A stretch of DNA of 64,000 nucleotides from an uncultured Rhodospirillales bacterium. Its GTDB lineage: Bacteria > Pseudomonadota > Alphaproteobacteria > CAZRBL01. The stretch covers positions 4,981 to 68,980 of the forward strand of contig CAZRBL010000009.1 of assembly GCA_964598335.1 (NCBI GenBank). The letters run 5' to 3'. Under the pieces are notes generated by a model. That model did not search any database, was not told the DNA's origin, and worked only from the letters and a program-made list of their open reading frames with translations. This document shows, piece after piece, positions 17,408 to 27,885 of this stretch. Every line of letters begins with the position of its first letter. The stretch's first letter is position 1. The translations under genes and the position numbers were made by a program.

Positions 17408-19195
17408 TTAGCGTCCCAGTGCCTCGCCCTCGCGGCGTTTGTCTGCGGCGCCGGTCAGGGTGCCGTCGGGGGCGATTGAGATGGCGTGCAGGCCGCTGGT
17501 CAGCCTTCGGCCCGGTTTGACCGCGTGCCCCATCGCTTCAAGCTCGTCGATCATGCCGTCGAGCGGCGCGCCGGCTTCGATCTCCGTCGGCCCGTCATTG
17601 GTGTTGATCGTATGCGGGTAATCAAGCGCATCGGGCAGGCTGAGACCCCAGCTGAGATGCGCCAGGATTGAGCGGGAGACAAAGCCGATAATGCTGGTGC
17701 CGCCGGGTGATCCCGTGATCAGCACCGGGCGGTCCTCGGCATCGAAGACGATGGTCGGTGACATCGAGGACAGCGGCCGCTTGCCCGCCGCCGGGGCATT
17801 GGCGACCGGCTTGCCGTCGCGCTCGGGGACAAAGGCGAAATCGGTGAGCTGATTGTTGAGCAAATAGCCGTTCGCCATCAGCCGTGAGCCGAAGGCGACC
17901 TCGATGGACGTGGTCAGGGAGACGATATTGCCCTCGGCATCGACAACAGAAAGATGTGTCGTGCCGGGCGATTTCGGCTCGCGATCCGGAGCGAAGCGGT
18001 CGGGGTCGGCGCCGGGCGGGGTTCCGGCATCGGCAATTTCCGGCCCGGCGACAGCAGGGTCGATGGTATCGGCGCGGGCGGCAATATAGCCCGGATCGAT
18101 CAGCCCGGAGACAGGCGGATCGGCAAAGGCGGGATCGCCGAGATACAGCTCGCGGTCGGCAAAGGCCCGGCGCTGCGCCTCAATGAAAATGTGCAGCGCT
18201 TCGGCACTGTCGGCGCGCTGTTCGACGCCGTCATGCGCCTCGACCATGCCGAGGATCTGGTTGACCGCAATACCGCCCGAGCTCGGCGGACCCATGCCGC
18301 AGATGCGGTAAGCGCCGACCGTGCCGCAGACGGGATCGCGTTCGACCGCTTGATAAGCGCGGAAATCCTCCAGATCGGGACCGGCATAATCGGGGTAATC
18401 ACTGTCGGCGATGGCCTTTCGGATGCGGTCGACCATCGGCCCGGTCAGCGGGCCGCGATAAAACGCGTCGATACCGTCCTCTGCAATCATTTGCAGCGCG
18501 TCCGCCAGGCCCGGATAGAGCAGGATATCGCCTTGCGCCAGCGGACTGCCGTCCTCCTTGTAAAACTGCGCGCCGGTGTCGGGATAGGGCTCCACAAACC
18601 GGCGCCAGCGCACGAGAATACCGGACAAGCGCTCGCCGACGGGCGCACCGTTGACAGCGAGACCGATGGCCGGCTCGAACAGCTCGGCCCAGGGCAATTT
18701 GCCGTGTTTGTCATGCGCCAGTTTCAACATCGCCAGAAGGCCCGGCACACCGACGCTGCGCCCCCCGGTGATCGCCTCGATGAAACCCATCGGCGTGCCG
18801 TCGGGCTTGAGGAACATTTCCGGCGTTGCCGTGCGGGGGGCGGTTTCTCGGCCGTCATAGCTGCTCAACGCGCCGTCCTCGGCCGCGTAATGCAGCATGA
18901 AGCCGCCGCCCCCGATGCCCGAGCTTTGCGGCTCGACGATATTGAGAACCAGCTGTGCCGCGATGGCGGCATCGACGGCCGAGCCGCCGCGCGACAGGAT
19001 GGTATACCCGGCCTGGCTGGCCAAAGGATGGGCCGCGACGATCATGAATTCGCTGCCTTCGACCGCCGCCTTGCGCGCGATCTCGGTCGCCGGTTCGGGA
19101 TTGGCGCGACCCTGTCTTGCCGTATCGGCGGGCTGGGCGAGCGCAGGCGCGCTGAGCGCGATGGCGAGAAAGACGGTAGCAAAAGCGTTCAGCAT
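17408..19195 (-). CDS. ggt: Gamma-glutamyltransferase.
   Basis: Autoprocessing-site threonine context TTHLSVVDAEGNIVSLTTSIE. Signal peptide from MLNAFATVFLAIALSAPALA (cat at 19193-19195). Confidence 0.85.
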   Translation of the reverse strand: MLNAFATVFLAIALSAPALAQPADTARQGRANPEPATEIARKAAVEGSEFMIVAAHPLASQAGYTILSRGGSAVDAAIAAQLVLNIVEPQSSGIGGGGFMLHYAAEDGALSSYDGRETAPRTATPEMFLKPDGTPMGFIEAITGGRSVGVPGLLAMLKLAHDKHGKLPWAELFEPAIGLAVNGAPVGERLSGILVRWRRFVEPYPDTGAQFYKEDGSPLAQGDILLYPGLADALQMIAEDGIDAFYRGPLTGPMVDRIRKAIADSDYPDYAGPDLEDFRAYQAVERDPVCGTVGAYRICGMGPPSSGGIAVNQILGMVEAHDGVEQRADSAEALHIFIEAQRRAFADRELYLGDPAFADPPVSGLIDPGYIAARADTIDPAVAGPEIADAGTPPGADPDRFAPDREPKSPGTTHLSVVDAEGNIVSLTTSIEVAFGSRLMANGYLLNNQLTDFAFVPERDGKPVANAPAAGKRPLSSMSPTIVFDAEDRPVLITGSPGGTSIIGFVSRSILAHLSWGLSLPDALDYPHTINTNDGPTEIEAGAPLDGMIDELEAMGHAVKPGRRLTSGLHAISIAPDGTLTGAADKRREGEALGR

Positions 19196-19199
19196 CGGC

Positions 19200-20312
19200 T
19201 CAGGCCTCGCGCGGATAGTCATAGCGCAACAGCCGCGCATTCATCATCGCCTGCTCAGCGATCCGCGAGAACCGCATGCCGTCGGTGCGCGCATTGACAA
19301 AGGCGCGTGCCGTTTCTGCCGTGATCGGGTCTTCATCCTCCATCAGCTCGTGGATCAGCTCGCCCGACGAGGTGCCGATGGCTTGCAAAACCGCACGGGG
19401 GAATTGGCGCAGCTGAACGCCGTGCTGTTCCACGAGGATGCGCAGGGCGCCCGCCGAGCGCTGCTGATATTCGGCCCACATGATGTCGTTTTCGGCTTCG
19501 GCGGAGACCCGGACGATTTCCTTCAAATCATCGGGCAAGGCGCTGTAGGCATCCAGATTGACCGTGCACTGCAGCCCGGCGCCGGGCTCGTGAAAGCCGG
19601 GATAGTAATAATATTTGGCGACCTGATGGAAACCGAGGGCGAGGTCGTTATAGGGACCGACCCATTCCGCGGCATCGATCGCACCGGTTTGCAACGCCTG
19701 AAAGATACGGTTGCCGCCGAGCAGCACCACGGTCGCGCCGAGCTTTTGCAGCACCTCGCCGCCCTGGCCCGGCATGCGGATATTGAGGCCTGCGAAATCG
19801 CCGGGGTCGTTGATTTCTTCCCGGAACCAGCCGCCCATCTGTGTGCCGGTATTGCCGGACAGGAACGCCTTGATGCCGAAGGGCTCATAGGCGCGGTCCC
19901 ACAAGTCCTGGCCGCCGCCCCAATGGATCCAGCCGGCCAGCTCGGATGCCGTCATGCCGAAGGGGACAGAGGTGAAGAAGGCCGCTGCCTTGGTCTTCCC
20001 GGTATGATAATAGGCCGCGTCATGGCCGATCTGCGCGGTGCCGGCGGCAACGGCATCGAAGACGCCGAGTGACGGCACCAGATCGCCGCCGGAATAGACC
20101 GTGATCTTCATCCGACCACCGCTCAGCGTTTCGATGCGGCGCGCCACCCTTTCCGCACCGGCGCCGAGGCCCGGCAGGCCTTTCGGCCAGCTCGTCACCA
20201 TTGTCCATTCGATGACGTTTTGGGCTATGGCCGGTTTGGGCAAGGCGGATGCGGCGGTCGCAACCGCTCCGGCGACGGCGCCGGCCACAAAGCCGCGGCG
20301 TTTGAAGGTCAT
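19200..20312 (-). CDS. TRAP-transporter periplasmic solute-binding protein (DctP-like), Tat signal; no DctQ/DctM partner in window.
   Basis: Tat-type N-terminus MTFKRRGFVAGAVAGAVATAASA. About 370 aa with TRAP SBP-like composition. Flanked by ggt and bpt rather than TRAP permease genes. Confidence 0.5.
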   Translation of the reverse strand: MTFKRRGFVAGAVAGAVATAASALPKPAIAQNVIEWTMVTSWPKGLPGLGAGAERVARRIETLSGGRMKITVYSGGDLVPSLGVFDAVAAGTAQIGHDAAYYHTGKTKAAAFFTSVPFGMTASELAGWIHWGGGQDLWDRAYEPFGIKAFLSGNTGTQMGGWFREEINDPGDFAGLNIRMPGQGGEVLQKLGATVVLLGGNRIFQALQTGAIDAAEWVGPYNDLALGFHQVAKYYYYPGFHEPGAGLQCTVNLDAYSALPDDLKEIVRVSAEAENDIMWAEYQQRSAGALRILVEQHGVQLRQFPRAVLQAIGTSSGELIHELMEDEDPITAETARAFVNARTDGMRFSRIAEQAMMNARLLRYDYPREA

Positions 20313-20327
20313 GGAAAGCTTCCTGAA

Positions 20328-21062
20328 TTATGGATAGGTGTACAGATCGCGCCAGCCATCGGGGCCTAGCGCCTCAATCGGGCGAAATCTGGTCTTGTAA
20401 GACATTTTATCGCTGTTGCGGATCCAGTAGCCGAGATAGACGTGCTTGCCGCCGCCCTTGGCGACCGCATCGATCAGCGCCAGGATCATGAAGCTGCCGA
20501 GGCTGCGCTTGGGCGATTCCGGATCGTAAAAGCTGTAAACTGCGGAAACGCCGTCCTTGAGCCGGTCCATCATCATCAGCCCGAGCAGATTGCGCTTCGG
20601 GTCGCGGACTTCGAGCACGGCGCCTGAGACGCCGCCTTCCTCGATCATCGCCTGATAATCGTCGAGACTCATCTGCGCCATGTCACCGCCGCCATGGCGG
20701 CTGTTCTGATAAGCCTGGAAAAGCGCGTACTGGTCGTCATCGGCGCGCGGTTCGCCGATTTCCAGGCTCAGATCTGAATTGCGCCTGATAATCCGTTTCT
20801 GGGTGCGGGACGGGGTGAAGCGCTCGACCGGCAGCCGCACCGGCACGCAGGCGGTGCAGCCCGAGCAAACCGGACGGTAGATAATGTCATGGCTACGCCG
20901 GAATCCGGCCTCGGTGAGGGTGCTGTTGAGCGTATTGGCGCTGCCCGCATCGAGCCGGGTGAACAGCTTTCGCTCGACGCGGCCCGGTATATAGGGGCAG
21001 GGCGTCGGCGAGGATCGGAAAAACTGGTGGATCCGGTGTTTTGGCGGGACAATGACGCTCAT
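20328..21062 (-). CDS. bpt: Aspartate/glutamate leucyltransferase Bpt (arginyl-tRNA-protein transferase family, N-end rule).
   Basis: 244 aa with the Cys cluster CSGCTAC and the ATE_N/ATE_C-like organisation typical of bacterial Bpt. Confidence 0.7.
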   Translation of the reverse strand: MSVIVPPKHRIHQFFRSSPTPCPYIPGRVERKLFTRLDAGSANTLNSTLTEAGFRRSHDIIYRPVCSGCTACVPVRLPVERFTPSRTQKRIIRRNSDLSLEIGEPRADDDQYALFQAYQNSRHGGGDMAQMSLDDYQAMIEEGGVSGAVLEVRDPKRNLLGLMMMDRLKDGVSAVYSFYDPESPKRSLGSFMILALIDAVAKGGGKHVYLGYWIRNSDKMSYKTRFRPIEALGPDGWRDLYTYP

Positions 21063-21154
21063 CGCGCACCGTAAACAGTTTAAGCGTGGCCGACACGCTA
21101 TGGATTCAGCGCGCGCCTGTCCATAGAAACCGACAACGGCATCGAGAAAGTAAT

Positions 21155-22204
21155 TTACGGATCGACCGGCCGGAAGGGGGCGACGGCCCGTACCGGGGCG
21201 CCGCTCCGCTGTTCCGGCGCGCCGAAAGCGTCTGCATCGCGGCGCCGACCGTCGGCGGTGATGCCGGCCTCGATCCGCTCGGGTGCAGCATCGCTTGGGC
21301 TGACCGCATCGCGCAGCAGGATGATGCTGATCCTGCGATTCTGCGGCGCGCGCGGATTGTCGGCATCGAACGGTTCGCGGTCCGATTTGCCCACGACATT
21401 GGCCACGCGTTCAAGCGGCAGGCCATAGCCGACCAGGGCCCGGCGGCTGGCATTGGCGCGGTCCGCAGACAGGTCCCAGTTGGTGTAATCATTGCGCCCG
21501 CGAAACGGCGTCGCGTCAGTATGGCCGCGTACCGAAACATTGTTCGGCAGCTTCGCAATCACCTCGGCGACCATGCGGTGCAGTTCCCGAGCCGGCTGTG
21601 TCAATTCGGCGCTGCCCGAGGCGAACATGCTGCGCCCGAATTGATCGACAAGCTGTATCCGCAGTCCTTCGGGGGTCATGTCGATGACCAGGTTTTCGGC
21701 AAGGCCCGCCAGCTCCGAGTCTTCTATGGCTTCGCGCAGCGCCTTTTCGGCCTCTTCAAACTCGCGTTGCTCCCGTTCGGCGATCGCCTGTTCGATCTGT
21801 TCCTCTTCGGTCAGCTCGAACTCACCTTCCCGCTCATTGGCAGGCGTGCTCTGCATGTCTTCACCATCATCGCGGTCAAGCTCCGGCGCGCCGGGATCGG
21901 GCAGCGAAACGCCCATCGGCTGAATGTCGGTGACCATGGCCCCATCGGTGATGATCGACTGGCCGCCCATCACGCCGTTGGAACCGCTTGAAGACATCGA
22001 AACGGCGGCGGGCGAAAAGTATTCGGCGATGCCTTCGCGCTGTTCTTCGGTCGCCGAGCTGAGCAGCCACAGCATCAGGAAAAACGCCATCATGGCAGTC
22101 ACGAAGTCGGCATAGGCGACTTTCCAGGCGCCGCCATGGTGCCCGTGGCCGCCCTTCTTGATCTTCTTGATGATCAGCGGCTGCTGCAGATTGCTTTCCG
22201 ACAT
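21155..22204 (-). CDS. motB: MotB-like flagellar motor/OmpA-family protein.
   Basis: Hallmark N-terminus GHGHHGGAWKVAYADFVTAMMAFFLMLWLL (plug/TM with the conserved Asp). C-terminal OmpA-like peptidoglycan-binding domain (TDATPF...NRRI). No motA adjacent. Confidence 0.75.
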   Translation of the reverse strand: MSESNLQQPLIIKKIKKGGHGHHGGAWKVAYADFVTAMMAFFLMLWLLSSATEEQREGIAEYFSPAAVSMSSSGSNGVMGGQSIITDGAMVTDIQPMGVSLPDPGAPELDRDDGEDMQSTPANEREGEFELTEEEQIEQAIAEREQREFEEAEKALREAIEDSELAGLAENLVIDMTPEGLRIQLVDQFGRSMFASGSAELTQPARELHRMVAEVIAKLPNNVSVRGHTDATPFRGRNDYTNWDLSADRANASRRALVGYGLPLERVANVVGKSDREPFDADNPRAPQNRRISIILLRDAVSPSDAAPERIEAGITADGRRRDADAFGAPEQRSGAPVRAVAPFRPVDP

Positions 22205-22239
22205 GTATGCCGGTGTCGCGCATTATGCCTAAGACGCGG

Positions 22240-24621
22240 TTAATCGGCGGGAATTGCCCTGACCACATGCGCGCCGGGAGCGTCACCGGGCATGGCAAGA
22301 TAGTCGCCGGCCGCCCAGCGCGGGGCCAGATCGCCGAAATGCGGGGAGAACGGGTTACCGGACTGTCCGGTTGCGATCATGAACAGCGATCGGTCCGGGT
22401 CGGCCAAGTCGATCACTGCCCGCAGGCCCGAGCCGTGCACGGCATCAAAACGGGTGCCGTCGCCGCCGAAGCTTGCGGCGCGCAGCACGGTGTAATCGCC
22501 GCCGTCGATCTCGACTCCGATATCGGCGATGAGGTCGAGCCCGGGAATCCGACCGAGCAGCGGATGGGCGAGCGGCGCGCGATGCGCGTCGCCCCAGCGC
22601 CAGGAGTCGATTTCCGGCCCGTAATGTGCGGCGAGGTCCGACAGGGCATCATCGAGGGTCCGTGTGAGGATGGTGGCGCAATTTTCGATGATTTCGGTGT
22701 CCTGCCGGTCGCACCATCGCCGATGGTCTTCAAGAATGCCGCGAATGACCTGCGGCCGGCCGCGATAGCCGTCAGCCAGCTCGCCGAGTTCATCGTCCCA
22801 CAGCGCCGGCCCCAGACGATGCATCCAGGCCCGGAAGATCAGCGGTGCGGCGAGATCCTGCTGCATGCTGAAATTCCAGTCTTCAAGCAATTTGACGGCC
22901 TGCCGAAGCTCCGCTGTCTCAGGCTCTATCGCCGTCATCAACGGCACCATTGACCGCGCCGCCTCGGACACTGTGTCGAGTTGATAGGATTGATTATCGG
23001 CGAGGCTGTGCCGCTGCTTGCTATCGATCAAGGCGTCGAGGCGGGCGCCGCGATAGGGGTTGGCCCAGTCGGCCGTGATCAGATGCGGAAAGTCAGGCCC
23101 GACGACGGCGTTATTGGCGTTCATCACAACACCCGCGGCCGGATCGCGACGTTGCGGCATTTCCTCGAATGGGACGAGGCCGAGCCATTCATCCTCGCCG
23201 CTCCAGCCGGTCACCGGCAGCCGCCCGTCACCGCGGCTGCGCAGCGGCACCTTGCCGGGGACGATCATGCCGATGCTGCCGTCGACGGAGGCGAAATGGA
23301 CATTCTGCAATGGCCCCGAAACCGAGCGCATGGCGTCGCGAAAGCTTGCCCAATCCGAGGCTGCTGCCATCGCGAACAGGGCATCGGCGGTGGAATTGCC
23401 CGGCCCGCCATCGGCCCAGCGCAGCGCCATGACATGATTCTCGCCCGCCGCCGCGGCCATGTCATCGTCGATATCGGACATTACCGGGCCGTTGCGCGTT
23501 TCACGGATCACGATCTCTTGTGGTGCGCCGAAACGTACCCTGACGATCTCGGTTCGCGTCTCGAAAGGCGCGCTGCCCCCCGGCACCAGATAGCGCTGCT
23601 CTGGCGCTTCCGGGTCGAGCCGCTCGATCACCAGATCCTGTACATCACCGCCTGTCGTGGTCAGGCCCCAGGCAGCCTTGCCGTTATGCCCGCCGAGCAC
23701 AAAGGGACTCGGCGGGAAGCTGCCGCCGGCCAATGTCGCCTCCGGCGTTTCGATCCGGACGAGATACCATTGGATCGGCGCTGACAGTCCGAGATGCGGG
23801 TCGCTGGCAAGGATCGGTGTGCCGGTATCGGTGCGGCTGCCGGCAAGCGCCCAGGCATTCGATGCACGGTTCGGCCCGATCGGCGGCGGCGCGGCAGCCA
23901 GCATGCGGCGCCAGTCGACCCCGTCCTGCAGCGTGCCGGAAAGGCTGAACGGCGCGCTGTCCGGATAGGGCGGGTAAAGCACGTTCAGCCCGTCTTCGCC
24001 GAGGCGGTCCAGAACCGCGGCCCGCGCCAGCTCGCCGCGCCAGGAACTTCCCAATTGCAGCGCCATCAGCCGCAGCCAAACCAGGCTGTCGGCAGCGACC
24101 CAGGGCTCGGGCTCATGCAGCAGCAGGCGAAATTCGAGCGGCGCCTCATAATCCGGCCCGGACAGATAGGCGTTAACCCCGGCGACATAGGCGTCGAGAA
24201 AGGCCCGACTTTCCGGCTTCAGGGCGGCATAATCACGCTCGGCATGACGATAGAGCGATAGCGTGCGCATCAGCCGGTCGATGGTAACGCCGGGCGCGCC
24301 GATGATCTCGGCGGTGCGCCCGGCGCCCAGGCGCCGCGTCAATTCCATGCTGAAAAGGCGTTCTCTGGCATGCAGATAGCCTAGCGCCGCCAGCGCATCA
24401 GCCATCGTTTCGGCCCTGATCGTCGGCACCGCCTCGGTCGAGAAAGCGATTTCGACGGGCGCGGTAAGCCCGGCGATGGCGATCTCGTCCGGCGGCAGCG
24501 CGGCAATGCGCGCGGCGGGCAACAGCGCAGCGCCGAGCCATATAAGCGGCAGGATCAGCAATATGGCCAGCGCCCCGGCGAGAATACGGAAAACAATACG
24601 GATGGGGCGCGGCAGGCTCAT
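22240..24621 (-). CDS. Penicillin acylase (peptidase S45) family protein.
   Basis: 793 aa, N-terminal TM/signal, overall S45 Ntn-hydrolase architecture. Confidence 0.65.
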   Translation of the reverse strand: MSLPRPIRIVFRILAGALAILLILPLIWLGAALLPAARIAALPPDEIAIAGLTAPVEIAFSTEAVPTIRAETMADALAALGYLHARERLFSMELTRRLGAGRTAEIIGAPGVTIDRLMRTLSLYRHAERDYAALKPESRAFLDAYVAGVNAYLSGPDYEAPLEFRLLLHEPEPWVAADSLVWLRLMALQLGSSWRGELARAAVLDRLGEDGLNVLYPPYPDSAPFSLSGTLQDGVDWRRMLAAAPPPIGPNRASNAWALAGSRTDTGTPILASDPHLGLSAPIQWYLVRIETPEATLAGGSFPPSPFVLGGHNGKAAWGLTTTGGDVQDLVIERLDPEAPEQRYLVPGGSAPFETRTEIVRVRFGAPQEIVIRETRNGPVMSDIDDDMAAAAGENHVMALRWADGGPGNSTADALFAMAAASDWASFRDAMRSVSGPLQNVHFASVDGSIGMIVPGKVPLRSRGDGRLPVTGWSGEDEWLGLVPFEEMPQRRDPAAGVVMNANNAVVGPDFPHLITADWANPYRGARLDALIDSKQRHSLADNQSYQLDTVSEAARSMVPLMTAIEPETAELRQAVKLLEDWNFSMQQDLAAPLIFRAWMHRLGPALWDDELGELADGYRGRPQVIRGILEDHRRWCDRQDTEIIENCATILTRTLDDALSDLAAHYGPEIDSWRWGDAHRAPLAHPLLGRIPGLDLIADIGVEIDGGDYTVLRAASFGGDGTRFDAVHGSGLRAVIDLADPDRSLFMIATGQSGNPFSPHFGDLAPRWAAGDYLAMPGDAPGAHVVRAIPAD

Positions 24622-24644
24622 GATCTCTGGTAATTGAAGGCGTT

Positions 24645-25661
24645 ATGGACACTCAAGTCGGCAGCATAGACAGAGCGTGCAAGGTGGCAATCACCGTGCC
24701 GCCTTTCCGTCCGCGCCTCCCCTGGATCGGCGGTGATTTGCAGACACTCCGCAACACGCTGTTCGCCCGTCCGGCGGATCTGGGCGCCTATCACGGCGAG
24801 CGTCTGTTCTTCCCGATGAAGGATGACAGCGGCGACATCCTGTCGGGTGTGCTTCACCGGCCGCGCGCCGAAGCGCCAGGGCCGTTGATTGTTCTGGTGC
24901 ATGGATTGGCGGGGTGTGAGACCAGCATCTATGTGCTCAGCCTCGCGCAGACCTTGCTCGGGGCCGGTTATCCGGTGCTGCGCCTCAATCAACGCGGCGC
25001 CGGGCCAAGCCGCGCCGATTGCCGGGAAGACTTCCATGGCGGCCGCAGCGGCGATCTGCTTGCGGTGGCGGCACAGCTCCGGACATCCGGCTGGCAGCGC
25101 ATGATCTGGATCGGCTTTTCGCTCGGCGGCAACACCGTGCTGAAGCTGATGGGGGAGCTGGGAGAAGACGCGAATGACATGGGCTTCATCGCGGCGGGCG
25201 CGATCTCAACGCCGCTCGATCTGGCGGCCACCTCACGCCGTATGACCGAGCCGCGCAACTGGCTTTATCACCGCTATGTCATGCAGGCGATGCGCAGGGC
25301 CGTTGAGCGCGACAATGGCCTGACCGATGCCATGCGGGACGGTATCGCGAGGGCCCGCACGGTCTGGGAATTCGATGATTTCTACACCGCCCCGGCGCAT
25401 GGTTTCGGCAACGCGGCCAATTTCTACCGCGTCAATGCCTGCGGCCAATTCCTGCCGGATATCCGCGTCCCCAGCCTGATCGTCCATGCCAAAGACGACC
25501 CCTGGATCCCGTTCGATGCCTATGAGGCGGTCAATTGGCATGCTCACCCATGCCTTGTCCCCGCCATCGCTGAAAGCGGCGGTCATCTCGGCTTCCACGA
25601 CAGGGACGGGCTATGGCATCAGGCGCGGGTGCTGGATTTTCTCGCTAGATTACCGGCCTGA
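24645..25661 (+). CDS. Alpha/beta-fold hydrolase, YheT-like.
   Basis: 338 aa with a YheT-family-like layout (HGLAGCETS...; later acidic/His residues). Confidence 0.5.
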   Translation: MDTQVGSIDRACKVAITVPPFRPRLPWIGGDLQTLRNTLFARPADLGAYHGERLFFPMKDDSGDILSGVLHRPRAEAPGPLIVLVHGLAGCETSIYVLSLAQTLLGAGYPVLRLNQRGAGPSRADCREDFHGGRSGDLLAVAAQLRTSGWQRMIWIGFSLGGNTVLKLMGELGEDANDMGFIAAGAISTPLDLAATSRRMTEPRNWLYHRYVMQAMRRAVERDNGLTDAMRDGIARARTVWEFDDFYTAPAHGFGNAANFYRVNACGQFLPDIRVPSLIVHAKDDPWIPFDAYEAVNWHAHPCLVPAIAESGGHLGFHDRDGLWHQARVLDFLARLPA

Positions 25662-25775
25662 CCACACGCGTCATTGCGGGCGGTCATCAGACCGCGCGGT
25701 AATCCAAGACTGTGTCGGAGGGGCAAAATCTCCGGTTCGCCGCGGCGCTACCGCCCCTTGCGATGACGCGCTTGA

Positions 25776-26867
<1,092 letters not shown>

Positions 26868-26938
26868 TTACGCCACACCCCAACGCGGCCCCAACAAAGC
26901 GCGAAAACGCGTCCAGCCGGGGACAAAGACGGAGCTGA

Positions 26939-27406
26939 TTGATGAACGCCTTGTATGATACGATCCACCTGATCGAAAAGCTGCACCGGCATTTTCTGCA
27001 CGTGCTCAAGATCGAGCTCGACCGTGCCGGCCTGCGCGATATCACCAATGTCCAAAGCCTGATCCTGTACAATATCGGCGACAAGGAAATGAGCGTCGGC
27101 GAATTGACGACGCGCGGCTACTATCTCGGCTCCAACGTCTCCTACAATGTCAAGCGCATGGTGGAGAACGGCTATCTCGATCAGCGCCGCTCGCCCTATG
27201 ACCGCCGCTCGACCAGCCTGGCGCTGTCCGAGAAAGGCATCGCAGTGCGCGATTTCGTCAGCGAGATGATGGATCGCCAGCTCGAAGTGCTGCCGCAAGC
27301 CGGTGTCAGCCGTGAAGAGCTCGATCAGTGCAATGAAACGCTGCTCAACCTGCAACGCTTCTGGGCCGATCGGACCGATGTCGTGGATTTCATTAAGGCT
27401 GCCTGA
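26939..27406 (+). CDS. MarR-family transcriptional regulator.
   Basis: 155 aa with a winged-HTH core (MSVGELTTRGYYLGSNVSYNVKRMVENGYLDQRRSPYDRRSTSLALSEKG). Divergent from hemB. Confidence 0.7.
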   Translation: MMNALYDTIHLIEKLHRHFLHVLKIELDRAGLRDITNVQSLILYNIGDKEMSVGELTTRGYYLGSNVSYNVKRMVENGYLDQRRSPYDRRSTSLALSEKGIAVRDFVSEMMDRQLEVLPQAGVSREELDQCNETLLNLQRFWADRTDVVDFIKAA

Positions 27407-27454
27407 GCGGCAGCCTTAATCCCCGGCCAGTATGCTCAAGCCCACAATCAGACC

Positions 27455-27649
27455 ATGTCAGCCAACCGTGAAATACTGATCGAATTCAAACAATTCGGTC
27501 ACGCTGTCAAGGTGTCGGCCATGGATACCGAGACGCTTACCGAGGTCTCGATCCAGGGGCCGGCCTATGCCAGCGAAGACGTGCTGAAAAAAGCCGTTGT
27601 CGACAAGCTGGAATACCGCCTCAAGCGCGCCGCCGGCCTGCAGCACTAG
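27455..27649 (+). CDS. Small hypothetical protein (64 aa).
   Basis: Well-formed ORF with an AAGG-like RBS context. The stop is immediately followed by a family-1 repeat copy. Confidence 0.35.
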   Translation: MSANREILIEFKQFGHAVKVSAMDTETLTEVSIQGPAYASEDVLKKAVVDKLEYRLKRAAGLQH

Positions 27650-27664
27650 CGAATTTCGGATCAT

Positions 27665-27748
27665 TCCGGTCCACCCCTGCACCCCCGCCCCGCCTCACCT
27701 GCAAGTATCCTGTCTGGGGAGGCGGGGCGGGGGTGCAGGGGTGAAGTC
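27665..27748. repeat. Family-1 palindromic repeat element, second copy, inserted in the opposite orientation.
   Basis: Left arm CCGGTCCACCCCTGCACCCCCGCCCCGCCTCACC (1 mismatch). Right arm GGGGAGGCGGGGCGGGGGTGCAGGGGTG then diverges. Loop TGCAAGTATCCTGTCT approximates the reverse complement of the copy-1 loop (CGCAATTATCCTGTCC). Confidence 0.85.
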
Positions 27749-27885
27749 AAAAACAAACGAAAACGCGCAAGCCTTTCAACCCGTCATCCCGGCCGAGCGC
27801 AGCGAGAGCCGGGATCTATGCGATCTTGCCGGTCGGCTCTGTGGACCCCGGATAGCGCTGGCGCGCTTCCGGGGTGACGGTGACG

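Noticed and set aside
17954-20072. Long plus-strand ORFs (447 aa, 391 aa) antisense to ggt and the TRAP SBP gene.
   Set aside because: They are shadow ORFs of well-supported minus-strand genes, with low-complexity translations.
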